A stretch of DNA of 49,435 bases. Source: a virus. Its lineage: Duplodnaviria > Heunggongvirae > Uroviricota > Caudoviricetes. Position numbers and translations under genes: made by a program. The notes below the pieces were generated by a model. That model searched no databases. It was not told the DNA's origin and saw only the letters and a list, made by a program, of their open reading frames with translations. The stretch spans positions 1 through 49,435 of the IMG/VR virus record IMGVR_UViG_2526164669_000023; one strand, given 5' to 3'. Below are positions 47,794 through 49,435 of this stretch, piece by piece; the stretch's first letter is position 1; each line of letters opens with the position of its first letter.

Positions 47794-48527
47794 ATGTCTG
47801 TAGTGATATCAGGTGCACTGATTGATGGCGCAGGCATCCCCATGTACGGATGCCACATAACTCTGAAATCCCGGGTAAACACCTCAGAGGTGTGATGCGC
47901 ACAGTTGCCGATGTGGTGACAGGAAACTGTGGTGCAGGCGCAGCAGAGCGCGAAACAGCACAGGGACGAGGCGCAATGGATAGTTGATGATCTGAAGGGA
48001 AGCAATGCTTCCACGACAAAAAAGGTCTGGCGCAACTCTGTAGTGATACAGACAACGACAGCGAAGAACTGGCAGCCACGCCAAAGGCTGTCAAAACCGT
48101 CACGGACGAGACGAAAACAAAAGCGCCACTGGACAGCCCTGCGTTCACCGTCACGTCAGAACTTATCGCCGTGGGAAAGGATGCCAGAAAGCGGGAAATC
48201 GAGGTGTGGAGCACAGAACAGGAAGCGCAGCCGTTCACGTTCGAATGGAACGGTCGCACCTGGAATGCTGGCCCCGACTCAATGGCTCGTCTTTATCCGG
48301 CAGTAATGGCATCAAAGTCTGACACAGCGCGAAAAACCATGGTATGGGGCGATGCGGAAAACCAGCAGGTGAAGCTGTCAATGCCGGAACCGGAAGAACT
48401 GGCAGCAGCAATGGCGCAGGCTGTTGTTGAACGCAATGACGAGATTTATCGCCGTCAGCGAGAGAAGAAAGAAGCGTTAGACACTCTGGAGGATTTAGAT
48501 GCGATACGAGCATTTAATGTTGAGTAA
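47794..48527 (+). pseudogene. Degraded lambda-type side tail fiber (stf-like) remnant
   Basis: 33-codon ORF MSVVISGALIDGAGIPMYGCHITLKSRVNTSEV resembles the Stf N-terminus and ends at a stop; a shifted frame carries the collar motif SEELAATPKAVKTVTDETKTKAPLDSPAF and continues as the 48171-48527 ORF. Confidence 0.45.
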
Positions 48528-48763
48528 CGAATAGGTCGCAGTGAGTTGTTCTGGTATCTGAAGAATGAGGCTCCGGTTGCTGGCTGCAGTCGGAGGTTTA
48601 TGATGTGTACTCTCACATTGTTGAAGAAATCAATTGCGCAATTGGAGAGCAGGAACGTAAGAAAACAAGAGAAAGTCTACAATCGCTTGTAGGGTGTCAC
48701 TTCTTGATTTTTTCATAAATTTTATGATAAAATCATGAAGTAAAAGTGATGGGAGAAACTTTC

Positions 48764-49435
48764 ATGAATATGCCTCATTGTGTTCTGCATACAGGAATTG
48801 ATTCGGATTTTGTACTTAGTAAACTGGGCTTTACAGAAAATGATATTCGCGATGCGTTAATGTCTGCTTTATACGAGCGACGCAAATCCAGTAAGCTCCA
48901 CCCTAAAGTGGATGCTGGATTCCGCTTTTGGAGTGAGATGGTTGCCGCGCTTCGCCGTATTCTGATTGGTAAGGGTAACGGCTGGTCTTCTGAAGTAGTC
49001 AATCGCATGGAAATGGTCGTTAATTCAAGCAAAGGGGTTAATCTGATTATTACCTCAGGTGACGGACATACCGGGCGTCCTGATGGATTGCCTAAAACCA
49101 AAAATGCAAAGGGAGAGGCAACTCGCTCGATTGTTCACAACAATCCGGGTACATTCGATATGTTCCAAGCAGATACCTTACATTCAGGCAAAGCTGAGAT
49201 CACGCCGATAGATAGCACCCGAACTTATATCGTTCTGTATTATTATGATGCGGCAAATAAAGAAATTCGCTGTGAGGTGTCGTATCCGGTAGGGATGGTG
49301 AATCAGGACGGATTTGCCAGAGTAAGCGCGTGGAGTGAGCGAATTATTTTAGCTCCTCTGCAATTTGAAGGTGCGGATATTTTCCCTGAACAGGATTTTG
49401 ATGATGACATATCAATTTCAGTTGAAAGCAAATGA
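48764..49435 (+). CDS. Hypothetical protein (accessory gene at prophage right end)
   Basis: About 223 aa from MNMPHCVLHTGIDSDF; RBS GGGAGA; sigma70-like promoter (TTGATT ... TGATAAAAT) at about 48700-48735; stop is the last codon of the window. Confidence 0.55.
   Translation: MNMPHCVLHTGIDSDFVLSKLGFTENDIRDALMSALYERRKSSKLHPKVDAGFRFWSEMVAALRRILIGKGNGWSSEVVNRMEMVVNSSKGVNLIITSGDGHTGRPDGLPKTKNAKGEATRSIVHNNPGTFDMFQADTLHSGKAEITPIDSTRTYIVLYYYDAANKEIRCEVSYPVGMVNQDGFARVSAWSERIILAPLQFEGADIFPEQDFDDDISISVESK

Noticed and set aside
1-49435. Prophage attachment sites (attL/attR) and the host insertion locus.
   Set aside because: The window begins at the integrase stop codon and ends at a coding stop, so neither junction is visible.

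Overview
The window is almost entirely one lambdoid prophage of an Escherichia-type enterobacterium, read from the integrase stop codon (position 1) to an unknown gene cut at the window end; neither att site is visible. The left arm (1-10.7 kb) matches the E. coli K-12 Rac early region gene for gene: intR, xisR, ydaC, lar, recT, recE, racC, ydaE, kilR, sieB, ydaF, ydaG, racR, ydaS, ydaT, ydaU, ydaV. It is followed by an AT-rich three-gene cargo cassette, a Q antiterminator module with a short terminated leader, a membrane-protein moron, two tRNA genes, an intact IS21-family element (istA/istB), a lysis cassette preceded by tandem terminators, and a full myovirus-type packaging, head and contractile-tail module ending in tail fiber and Tfa genes. 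The strongest candidate for a new system is the cassette at 10827-14295: a classical AAA+ ATPase with a C-terminal HTH, an unknown 191-aa protein, and a subtilisin-like S8 protease with a long C-terminal extension. A two-gene ATPase plus S8 protease pairing resembles, as I recall it, the ietAS antiviral system, but this three-gene variant is not something I can match to a described system. Other candidates are a PD-(D/E)xK (HsdR_N-like) nuclease moron inside the baseplate genes, an unknown promoter-equipped gene at the right end, and a ParB-like plus putative glycosyltransferase pair upstream of the terminase. All calls rest on motif reading of the ORF translations and recall of known proteins; no database search was run. 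Hand-derived coordinates may be off by 1 nt.
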